A stretch of 64,000 nt of DNA, from the NCBI GenBank assembly GCA_964252035.1, contig OZ176202.1; one strand, given 5' to 3'. This DNA is from Podarcis erhardii. Lineage: Eukaryota. Both the position numbers and the translations under genes were made by a program. Under the pieces are notes generated by a model. That model ran no database searches. It had not been told where the DNA came from and was given only the letters and a program-made list of their open reading frames with translations. Shown piece after piece: positions 12,961-23,473 of this stretch; position 1 is the stretch's first letter; the number at the start of each line of letters is the position of its first letter.

Positions 12961-13569
12961 TACTTGTAGCCCCATGTTCTAATATCTCTCCTTCAAGGCC
13001 CTCACTCCATACTCTACCCAATTCAAAGCACAGCCTTTCCCACCCCAGAAGTCTTCCACATCCCCACAACCTTATTCCCACCTGTATTGCCAGTGTCTTG
13101 AAACCTGTTGTACTTGTACACCAAAGAGAATGAAAGGCTTCTATAAGCGGGGCCAGTCCAGGACATTTTGCTACCCAAGGCAAAGGACAAGCACAGATGT
13201 TGACTGGACTTTGGCAACTGAATTCCACTTCCATCCTCTACCACATCCAGGGGCAGCAGGCTAACATACAAGCTTCTTGGCACACAAAGCTCTGTCCTCC
13301 AACCACTATCACCGTCTGCACCAATTCCCCCATTCTGCTGTACGGACGTAGCCTGTATGAGACCCTTTGCAATCTGCAAGAATCCAGGATCACTCAGCAT
13401 TCACTTGGGCAGCATGACGAGACTTTGGTTCTGTCTCGCCAAAAAACAAAGCAAAGGGAAAACCCCAACCCAGTTCAACAGGTTAGGTGTGGGCCGGTCC
13501 CAGTATTAGGCAGAGTGAGGCAGCAGATACTGGGGAGGAGGATGAGTCAAGACGTCAAGGTAATGGAAG

Positions 13570-13718
13570 CTGGAATAGCTCTGTCAGTAGAGCACGAGTC
13601 TCAGTGTCATGGGGTCTCAGTGTCATGGGGTTGAGCCCCACATTGGGCAACATATTCCAGCATTGCAGGGGGTTGGACTAGATGATCCATGTGGTCCCGC
13701 CCAGCGCTACAATTCTAG
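13570..13718 (+). mobile_element. tRNA-headed SINE with CR1-like 3' end
   Basis: A-box-like tagctctgtcagtagagc, internal 16-bp tandem duplication at 13598-13629, tail gggggttggactagatga...aattctag. Confidence 0.6.
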
Positions 13719-14431
13719 AAGGCCTCTGCGTATCAAGCCGCCTGATGTGTCCCCTAAGCCCTCCTGCAGCCCTCAGGTGTGGTGGCAGGCAGAGTCCCTT
13801 TCAGTATATCTGCCAGCCCAGTCGGAACTGGGACACCACCTTAGCCCTCATTGCCTTGGGTAACAAAATGCCTTGGGTCACTCAGGTTGCTGCTGCTGCT
13901 TCTGCAGGCAGAAAGAAAGAAAGAAAGAAAGGGGGGTGTAGCATGGCCATAGCCAATATTTTTGTAGGGGGGGGTGAGGACATTGTTGAGGGCATACTTG
14001 ATAGAGAGGGCAGCTGCCCCCCTCTTTGGTTATGCCCATGGCATGCAGGGCAAACATTATGGGTGCAGTTTGTTGCTCCCCCCTCCCGCTCCTAGGGGCT
14101 GAGGTTCCCCAAAGTCCATAGGAATTGCCATTCAAAGGGTGTGTGTCTGTGCACCCGCGTCTTGTGATCGATTACGTGGGGCGGAGCTTACCTGTGTCAC
14201 TCACAACATTATTTTATCCAAAGTGGGCTCCCCCGTGACCCACGCCCGTTTCCTCCCTCCCCTCTCCCAGCCCCGCAACTCTCCCCAGCTCTCCCGGGTG
14301 CGCGGAACGCAGCCTGCGCGCAGCCCGGTGGCTCCCCCCCCCCTCTCTCTCCGCCGCTCACTCCGCCCCAAAACAATGGGCCTGGCAGTCACGAGGCCGC
14401 CCTTTCCCTTCGGGGCAGCCGAGCTACTTAC

Positions 14432-14627
14432 ACGCCCCGTCCCCGCCGTTCTCCGGGTCGCCGTCCGAAAACGAGCCACTCCCGTCCCCGTAATCTGCAA
14501 GCCCCACGATCTCGTCTTCTTCGTCGTCGTCGTCTTCTTCTTCCTCCTCCTCCTCTTCATCTTCCTCCTCCTCCTCTTCTCCCTCGTCCTCTTCCTGCTC
14601 CTTCGGCTTCCCCGGCACCTGGCTCAT
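14432..14627 (-). CDS. RRAGD: RRAGD coding exon 1 (MSQVPGKP...acidic tract...DPENGGDGA, phase 1)
   Basis: ATG at 14627 in a good context (aggATG). Donor GTAAGT begins at 14431. The 196-nt length fits the phase of exon 2. Confidence 0.92.
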
Positions 14628-14995
14628 CCTGCTCCCTCCCCGGGCTTCTTGCCCCTTCTCCGAAGGCAGACCCCGGCCGGACCCCCAGCGAGCTGCACGC
14701 TCGCCCCGCCGCCGCCACGAGACCCCCCGCGCCCCTCGAGGCTGCCTCTCGCCTGGGACGCTGACCTAAGCTGCTCCCTTCCCTTGTATTTCTTCCTCGC
14801 CGCCGCCGCCGCAGTTGTCAAAGGAAAGTCAGCCGAGGCCCTGCCGTCCCTCCCCGAGGAGAGAAACTGCGTGACCCAAGTCACCTGACACACTCACACA
14901 CACACTCACTCACTCACTCACACACACGGAGTAACATAATAGTAGACGCCGAGAAACGAGAAACGAGCCGCTCGAGGGAGGGGCCCTACCAATGA

Positions 14996-15025
14996 ACGCG
15001 CGCGCGCGCACACACACACACACAC
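14996..15025. repeat. (CG)6(CA)8 alternating purine-pyrimidine tract upstream of RRAGD
   Basis: Read directly from the sequence. Confidence 0.95.
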
Positions 15026-16080
15026 TTTTTAAATAGATATAGATAGATATATTAAGGATTCTCATGCCACACGGAGGGAGGGGCCAGCGTTGAATTTGCG
15101 AAAGGAAAGCCGCGGGGTTTCAAACAATGTTTCAAAACACGCCGTCCCGCCTCGCCCCAAAATTAGGTGTTTGTGCACTTTGTATGTAGTGGGAAGGCTG
15201 CGGTGGTGACTAGACTCGAGAGTAGTGCAGAGTTGGGGGTTTTGACAGGTATACCTTTTTCTTTCTGTAACACAGTGACATGACAGGATCTCCCAAAAGT
15301 CCTTTTTTTCTGAACAGCTATTAAATGTATGGGTGTCGCTGTCTCCTCTTGCATTTGGTATCTGAGCATGTACAGAGTACTTATGTCCCCATTAGCTTAC
15401 TAGCATATCTGAAGGTGAAGTATTCTGGTCAGATTTGAGAGCCAAAATCCCCTTTTTAACACACAACTGCAGTCCTAAGCATGCTTACCAGGGAGGCAGG
15501 CTGCAATTATACAGGGTGAGTCCTTTAAAAGCGGCCCTGTGGATACAGAGTACAAATGTTCCACGGGGCCTCTTTTAAAAGACATGTGAATACCCACACC
15601 CTTCTACCTGGGAGTAAGCCCCATTGAACTCGGTGAGGCTTATTTCTGAGTAGACATACAGAGGATTGCACTGTCAGTCTCACAGAAGGCAGCAAGATTT
15701 TACCTGAGGAAACCTTCAGGGAACCACACTGCAAATTGTCTTTTGAAAAGTGCTGTCTTCTCAGTATTAATCCACAAGTTCAAGCAGTGGCATTGAATAA
15801 GCTGGCAAGACAGGGACAGTAAAGATGAAAAGTGCACCCTTGAAAATTTGCAGACAGGTTTAGTCAGGTAAGATGCTTCGGAGTGACTGGTTTACATTAT
15901 ACAGTTATGGCTGCACAATCCTGTGGCCAGTAAGCAATCTGTTGCTTCTGAACGTGCTTGTTGACTCATGATTTGTAAGCGATAGGAGAAATCCATTATC
16001 CTCATGACCAGATGGTTCATCACTTTAAAAATATTGCTTTATATGTTCTGTTACTGAGCTCAGGCGCTTGAAAACAAATA

Positions 16081-16288
16081 CAGTGGTACCTCGGGTTAAG
16101 TACTTAATTCGTTCCGGAGGTCTGTACTTAACCTGAAACTGTTCTTAACCTGAAGCACCACTTTAGCTAATGGGGCCTCCTGCTGCTGCACGATTTCTGT
16201 TCTCATGCTGAAGCAAAGTTCTTAACCTGAAGCACTATTTCTGGGTTAGCGGAGTTACCTGAAGCGTATGTAACCCGAGGTACCACTG
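16081..16288. mobile_element. Tigger-like MITE, family B (internally deleted copy) between the two promoters
   Basis: Perfect 18-bp TIR, TA TSD, 208 bp. Confidence 0.92.
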
Positions 16289-16819
16289 TATAGGCAAGGC
16301 CTGCTTTTTTGACCCAGACATACACCGGAGGGCAGAACCAGCCCACTGATGCAGTGGGGTGAAGCACTTGCCTCAGGTGGCGGATGAACAAGAGGCGGTG
16401 TCCTGCCCACCCCACCACTTCCGCCACCACCAGAATGCACCCTCTCACTGGAATGCCTCCTGGGGTGGAGAAGATGAGCCACAACACCTTGCAGGATGCC
16501 TTTACTTTCACCCAGTTTTGGGGTGAGTGGAACACTGGCTGTGTGTTCCGATGGAAGCAGAAGTGGTGGTGGGGAGAGTGGTGTTTGACCTGTGGAAGCA
16601 TTTTTTGCATATTCAAGTCAATCACTGAGTGATTTCTTTTTTTCTTAAATTTGTGCTGCTCCTTTTGCCACATCTGTTTTCCTACACAGAAAGTCAACCG
16701 CCAGATCCTAAGCGTGATTTTTTTATTTTTTATTTTTTATTTTACTGAGAAGCAAGTCTCACGGTGTTCCATGGGACATATATTGTGATGAAAAAAATTA
16801 GGACATGCGAGTCAAAGAG

Positions 16820-17250
16820 GGTCAGACGAATTCCGGACCGTGTTGTTCCTGACCGTGGCCGCTAGATGTCGCTCACCAACGCCCATCTCGACCTCTTGAC
16901 TCCGCTCTCTGAGCAGCAGATCTTTTTCACTTTGGGCTGTTTCCAGGTGCGGCCGCTAGATGGCAATGGCGGAGCGGATGGTGAACGCAGAAGCCTCCCC
17001 CGCCCCACGCCGGAGAGCAAAGTTACCTGCGGCGTGCATTGGAGCAGGATTTCGTAGTAACTTTGCAAACCCTTTTCACGAGGGTGGAGCAAGGGAGGAC
17101 CGAGCCTAGCGCTCCTACGAGGGGCAGCTGGAGCGGCAGAGATTCCCCCACCTCCCCGCTTCCTACAAGCCCATCGTTTTGCAGGGTTTGTTCGTCCGCC
17201 GAGCTGGGATGTGCGTAGCAGGGCGCCCTGGGAGAGAAGAGAAAAGGTAG
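16820..17250. promoter_or_regulatory. Second CpG-rich island, probable ANKRD6 promoter and non-coding first exon
   Basis: CpG-rich block ending in a strong + strand donor AAG/GTAGGT at 17246/17247. The first ANKRD6 coding exon begins with an acceptor, so an upstream exon is required. Confidence 0.6.
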
Positions 17251-18875
17251 GTATTTAAAATATACATATATTGAGAGGCGAAGGGAGGGTTATCCCTGCA
17301 TGCAAGAGAGGGTTCTGCAGCCAAGTCTCCTTCTCTTGCACCGTGTCTACATTTTGTAAACAAGCAGAAGGAGGGGGAAATCTATGAATACAAGAGCTAT
17401 CTGTAAGGAGCTCCTCTGTTTCTCTATTTCTCCCCACCCCCAGCTCCGGTTTCTGTGATTGTTTGGCCGCTGCAAGTGTTGCCGCTTCCTCTCTCGCCCC
17501 TCCTCCTAATCTCAGAACCTTCCAGGGCTCAGGTCTGAGCCAGCGTTAAACCATAACACTGCCTGGATATGCCAATGCACACCCTGGCTTATGTAGGAAG
17601 GCGAGAAAAAAACAAACAAAGAAAAAAGCAAGACGGGAGTCTAAGCAGAGCCAGAGTGCCGCCGCCTTCTCCTTACCAATCAGAGAAGCAGCAACAGCTG
17701 GCCCAGGTCACACCTGAGATTAGGAGACTCAATTTACAGCGGGGGGGGGGGGGAGGCAGAAGCAAACGGGAGTGGGTCAATAAATGTGTCTCTTACCTTT
17801 GCACTGTAGTTAAACACATGCAAAAGTTACAGGTTCTACTCTCTCTCTTCTTCATTTCGCCATCCAACCAAGATTAATTTAATTACAGCCCAAGGACTCA
17901 TTCTAGCCAGACAAAAGCACTTGAGAACCCAAAGCAAAGGCTAGTGAGGGTTGTGGCTGAGGGGACGCAGCCCAGGAAGAGAGGCTGCATTTGGCTTCTG
18001 AGCCCGGCTTCCTCATTCCTTGACTTGTAGGTTAGACTTCATGCCTTCCAGGCTGAGCTGAGAGTCCAATCCAGCCAGGTATGCTCCAAATTTGATGTGG
18101 AAAATCTAAATGGCCACCGTAGGAGTAATTCTCCTGCAAGCCTCATTGAAATAAATGGGAGCTGTGCATGTGCAAGATATTCAGCTCATGGTCATTTCAG
18201 TGCGATTTGTGAAGGGACTTTTCCTGGTGGATTCTGCCCACGCAATAGTCACCTCTCTCTTGTCTCTCACTAATTAATGGCACTCCAAGTCTGCTACCCC
18301 TACTTGCCTCATGGTAAGCCCTGCTGTCAACACCTCTCATTTCCAGAATCCCGTCACCTTGATTTATTTAAGAAGAAAACACATCTCATGTTACATACTT
18401 TCTCTAAATGATAGGTGCTTCAGTGGAGGGTATTATGATGTGTATCCCAAATGTAAGTTGTCAGGTGTTGACTGCCTCACATGTGGTTTCCCTCCTGCCC
18501 CCATGTATAAATGCACTGGGAAGCTGCTTTTGAATAATCTCCTGCATTTTAGGAAGTTTATGAAGGTTTCTTAATTGTGGAATTAACCATATGCTATTCA
18601 CCAACAGTCTCTCTCTTTTATTTTAAATACTTTTTAAAAAACCTGCATTCATTCCAATTATAGGTAGACTTGTCACAACCAGTTCTCATTAGAGACAAGT
18701 AAGAATGAAGACAGAATCTGTTAAACAAAAACTTGCATTGAGCAAGTTTATTATTATAATTTGGGTCTTTTACAACACACTTTGCAAATTTATTGCAAAC
18801 ACTGAATTAAAATGCTATTTTTATGCTTTTACATATGCAGAAAAATGGGATTAAAGTATTTTAAAACAAGCTATG

Positions 18876-19208
18876 TAAAGGTAAAGGGACCCCTGACCAT
18901 TAGGTCCAGTTGCGGGTGACTCTGGGTTGCGGCGCTCATCTCGCTTTACTGGCCGAGGGAGCCGGCGTACAGCTTCCGGGTCATGTGGCCAGCATGACTA
19001 ACCAGCTTCTGGCGAACCAGAGCAGCGCATGGAAACGCCGGAGCAGTACCTATTTATCCACTTGCACTTTGTGCTTTCGAACTGCTAGGTTGGCAGAAAT
19101 GGGGACCGCGCAATGGGAGCTCACCCCGTCGCGGGAATTCGAACCGCCGACCTTCTGATCAGCAAGCCCTATGCTCTGTGGTTTAACCCACAGCGCCACC
19201 CACGTCCC
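18876..19208 (-). mobile_element. Sauria SINE
   Basis: Full body. Degenerate TSD of about 15 bp (tttaaaacaagctat / ttcaaaataagctat). Confidence 0.9.
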
Positions 19209-22200
19209 TTCAAAATAAGCTATAGTGGTTGTTAAATATAGTAAGCTGTTACCTATATTTTATGGTGTTTTTATACATATATAACACACTTGGGTAATTG
19301 TGTAATTTCAGTTATTGACTGTGTTGGCCGAAGATAGTTACGAGAAAATAAAATTAACTGTTGGGTGGGAGAGTTCCTATAAGGAAGTGGAAGCTTTGGC
19401 AGAAAGTTACTGTTTGAATAGTTAATGCTGATTTGTGTGCATTTCAGTATTCCATTTGCAAAGTATAACACCTTGCAAATACAGTGTATTAAAATATGAC
19501 CAGATATTATCTGTTTCCATAGCTGTATAAAGAATAAAGCTTCCTTTCTTTTATGAATTGGAAATGACAACTAAGCACAATAGTTAGCATGGCCAGTCCC
19601 TGTCTTGCTGCTGTGCCACAACAGCTCTGCATATATTCATTTCATACACCAGATGTTTTAACAATCATCCCCCCCATCCCCCTGTTCAATATTGGCAGAA
19701 TATTTTCACAGCCACACTGAACGTATTCCCATAAACTTTAACAAATGTGTGTTGAATCAGCCTCTGCTTTGGCAGTGATGGCTCTCTTTGTGCAACTTAA
19801 CTTTCAATGCAAGTTTTCTCCATGTTTATGTATGGTTGGTGACCATTACTTGCAAATTCAAAAAGTCCTGATCTTCTCCACTGCCTGCCTTAAAGCATGT
19901 AGCAGCCTAGTCAAGAGGGCACGATCCTCCTATCTCTAAAATGCAGTTATCTATGCATTCCAAAACGGTGCCTGTCATCTTCTTATTGAAGAGATGTTGC
20001 AATTTGCTTCAGGCACTTTAGAACTTTTAAGCTTTGTGTTGAGTATTAAAGTAACACAAAGTACAAAGCTTGATGAATATTCAGGTAGATGTAGAAAATC
20101 TAAATCTATAAAAAACAATAGCATATTCTTGAAGCACTCAGCTCGAAACAGTACATAAAGAGTGATAGAAAAACGGTGTCCTAGCTAATGTGATTATATG
20201 CTTGTACAAGATATACCATTTGTAGATTTATTACTTAGGTGCACAGAAGTCATGCCATAATTCAGTACTAGGGAGGGACTGAACACTCTAGTTACTTTCA
20301 TATGCAGTGAAACATATAGCAGGGGTGGATTGCAAAAAAGAAGAGGAGAATGTGTGGCACTAACTTACATTTCAGGCCTCTGTTTTTGTACCAAAAACAT
20401 CCATATTAGATTACTAGTATTGTGTCTCTTGTATTATTGGCATCCCCTTGAGGCAAAATTTAAACCTAGGATGAGTTGCGACTTGAAAAGGAACGCAAAT
20501 CTTGGTGCAAGAATCTGTTTCTTAGTTGTTATCTGTTTAATTCTTTAAAATGTTTCTTACTCTCTTTTAATGCTTGAGTTAATGATGATCTATCAAAATA
20601 TCTGTTCAATGCATCTATTGTTTTTAGTTTTAAAAAAATTTGTGACAGTCAAAAGGAAGTAGCAAACTGCTATTATGCACAGCATAATACCGGTAATTAA
20701 TAATTTCTCATGCCTCCCTCACCTGATGAGAGCAGGAATCATGCCACCTTAGAATTAATACATTCTGTGTATATGTATACTCAGTTGAATTTTACCTAAC
20801 ATCTGTAGGCTGATTTGCATACATCTCTAGATGTGTTCCTATGGAGTGCCAAATTTGTGTCAAATCCCCCACCCTCACTCTGCATTGAGACTGACACCAA
20901 CTTGTCCCATGTAGATAGCAGAAGAGCATAATTAAATTCTTGAGTTTTTGGCATGTATTATAGTTTCTGCATAGTTATTTCTATCCCAAGTCCATCAATA
21001 GCAAGACACATTGGAAGGTTTGATGTGCCCAGAGGCATCCGTAGGCAAAAGGATACATCTGCACACAGCCTCCATGATTGGTAGTCTTAGATATTTCTCA
21101 GGCCAATATTTTTTTTTAAAAAAAATGCCTGTGAAAAATCACTTAGAAAGTCAGCATTTGTTTCTTTTCAAAATAGCAGACTGTAATCTAATTATTCTTC
21201 CTTCAGTTGATATAATCCCACACTCCATTGCCCATTTCTTCATTTGTGCTAATAGGGCATTGAAAATAAAGCATTCTTCTCTTTCAAAATTGTCACATGG
21301 TCATTCTGCTTCATTGTAAAGGAGAGACTCTTTGTATGTGTTGTTGTTGTTGATGATGATGATGATAAGCAACTGGTGGTGTAAAGGGATCTAGTTTTAA
21401 AACAAGATGAAATAAACTGAAGGATGCAAGATATTTTTACACTCAACATTTCTGCACATTTCATTGTTATTTGCATAAACTAAGTATGCAAGGATTGAAT
21501 TTAATGTATGGGGAAGAATATGCTATTCTCTGAAGTAGGTAGGTTGGTTGGTAGTAATGTAATGCTCATGACAAGCAATGCCCATGTTTGTTTCCTAAAT
21601 TCTGTTTGTCCCTGAGTTATCATGCTTCCTGCAATAAAATATATCATATAGATGCTTGATCCTCAATCCTCAAAATTAAAGCTCAGAATGCCATCTGACC
21701 TTAGGTTTTGCCTTAGGTATGTAAGATACAAAACAAAGGTTTTACTGTATTAAAGTGTTGCAGGCCTGGTGAAGAGAGTTGATACTGTTCTCTTCCCCAC
21801 TTTACAGTCAGTGTTAGAAACTGAGGTATGAAAGCTAGGAGCTAATTGTCACCTTAAACATAGGTTATGGGCACAACAACAGAATGTCTAGGCGCACTTT
21901 TGTATAATGAATACAAAGCTGAAAATGAATGAACTGCAGCTAAAATATTGTATTCATTTTTCACATGGTCTAGTCCTTCTCGTACCCAACCCCCTAATAT
22001 TCTTAAGAAGGTCTCTTCTCCAGTCTTCAGAGCGTAGCTGGAAGTGGAAAGGCAGAACAAGGTCCTCCTTTCCTTCCACTCTGCAGTTTAATCTGAAATC
22101 TTAGGTGCAGTACTACGCCCAGAGCTCAGAAACTGCTTGCCCTAATGAAATTCCCTGTTGCAAAATGCATCTAGAATGATGGGAGTTTCAAACACTGTTT

Positions 22201-23245
22201 GCAGTGCTTTTTCTGTATTTTAAACTTTATAGAACATTTTTTTTGTATGCTTCCATTAGAGGATTCTGAAAACAAGCATAAATTTGCAGTTACTGTCAGT
22301 TCAGTGTGTTATGTTGTACTGTACAGTACTTTGATAACTTTCTAGAATGAAGTTTTGTGTGTCGTCATTTAATGACTGAATTACAAGGTAGTTACGTCAC
22401 AGGGAAGCTTGAACTCTTGTAGTTTGTTGATTTCCTTTCTGCTAAAATTGTCAGTGGCAAAAATGCATTATAAGTAATGACAACATTATTATTTAGGTAT
22501 ATTGCAGGGCTTCCTTTAATACCTGGCATCTAGAGGATTTTAAGAATGATGAATAGTGAGTGTGCAGAGCGAAACTACTGTTAAGACAGGTTAAGCTTCA
22601 GTGAATTTGTTTGAAGGGCACAATAGGAATTAACTGTGTTAGCTGTGTTACACAAGGCTTGTAGCGGACGTAATTCTTCAAAACCTTTTCTGTCAGCAAG
22701 ACCAATCATCGTTCATGCGTTTGAACTGTTTCCGGAAATAACTACACAACCTCCCTCCTGCTCTCTTTAAACTGACCTTTTTGAGTGTACAGAATATTTC
22801 CTGTGAAAGTATTCTAATAATTGTGATCACAAAAAAGTTCTAGTATTGGGGGAATAAACTATGTTTGTTTTAAGAGAAGAGTAAAATTTACTCACCATCA
22901 AAAAGACACAGAAATTTTAAATTAAGGAATGGACCTACTCTTGCAGCATGTAAATAGTAAACATATTTCCTCTTTCATGTAAAATAATGTGCTTTTACAT
23001 TCTAAATCTTTGCTTCTGGCAACTGTCCTCTTCTGAAACCTACTTTGAGTTGTAGAGCACAATTTTGTGAATGTTCCAAGGAAAGTGAAACAAGTAGTAT
23101 TGGAGCATAATACTGCTGTCTTCTGCTTGTAAATTTTAACCATTTAAGCCTGTTGCAGAACCCCACCCTATGTATGCTGATCTAAAAATGAGGGACTTCC
23201 CCTCCTCTTTGGTCTTGCTAATTTTGAGGTCTTCTCATACTGATA

Positions 23246-23473
23246 CAGTCGCTGACGACTCTGGGGTTGCGCCGCTCATCTTGCTTTATTGGCCGAGGGA
23301 GCCGGCGTACAGCTTCCGGGTCATGTGGCCACATGACTAAGCCACTTCTGGCGAACCAGAGCAGTGCACAGAAACGCCGTTTACCTTCCCGCCAGAGTGG
23401 TACCTATTTATCTACTTGCACTTGACGTGCTTTCAAACTGCTGGGTTGGCAGGAGCAGGGACTGAGCAATGGT
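23246..23473 (-). mobile_element. Sauria SINE, truncated at both ends
   Basis: Matches the central body of the other copies in this window. Confidence 0.85.

Larger units (their letters stand above)
2434..14627 (-). other. RRAGD: RRAGD gene span, start to stop codon (7 coding exons, 416 aa predicted)
   Basis: Exons of 196+296+200+115+143+149+152 nt join in phase (1,0,2,0,2,1) across GT-AG introns into a 1251-nt ORF. The protein has Rag C/D motifs ([10 protein letters not shown]-loop, WDFPGQ, HKVDG). The acidic N-terminus and the ATPNGTPR C-terminus match RagD rather than RagC. Confidence 0.97.
14130..15160. promoter_or_regulatory. CpG island covering the RRAGD promoter, 5'UTR, exon 1 and start of intron 1
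   Basis: Abrupt rise in GC and CpG density, GC boxes, CCAAT at 14989-14993. Boundaries judged by eye. Confidence 0.85.

Noticed and set aside
13570-13640. tRNA-like sequences here, at 50760-50830 and at 61360-61420
   Set aside because: Degenerate SINE heads that cannot form a full cloverleaf; not tRNA genes.
13020-14135. Cluster of overlapping 85-145 aa ORFs on both strands
   Set aside because: No recognisable domain, mostly non-ATG starts, no splice structure, and they run through SINE/MITE sequence.
14139-14888. 249-aa plus-strand ORF and 119-aa minus-strand ORF over RRAGD exon 1
   Set aside because: Low-complexity shadows of the GC-rich island and the acidic codon repeat.
14624-14893. 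89-codon GTG-started frame in the RRAGD 5'UTR whose TGA overlaps the main ATG (ATGA)
   Set aside because: No upstream ATG exists, stop-free frames are common in GC-rich UTRs, and the overlap follows automatically from ATG-AGC.
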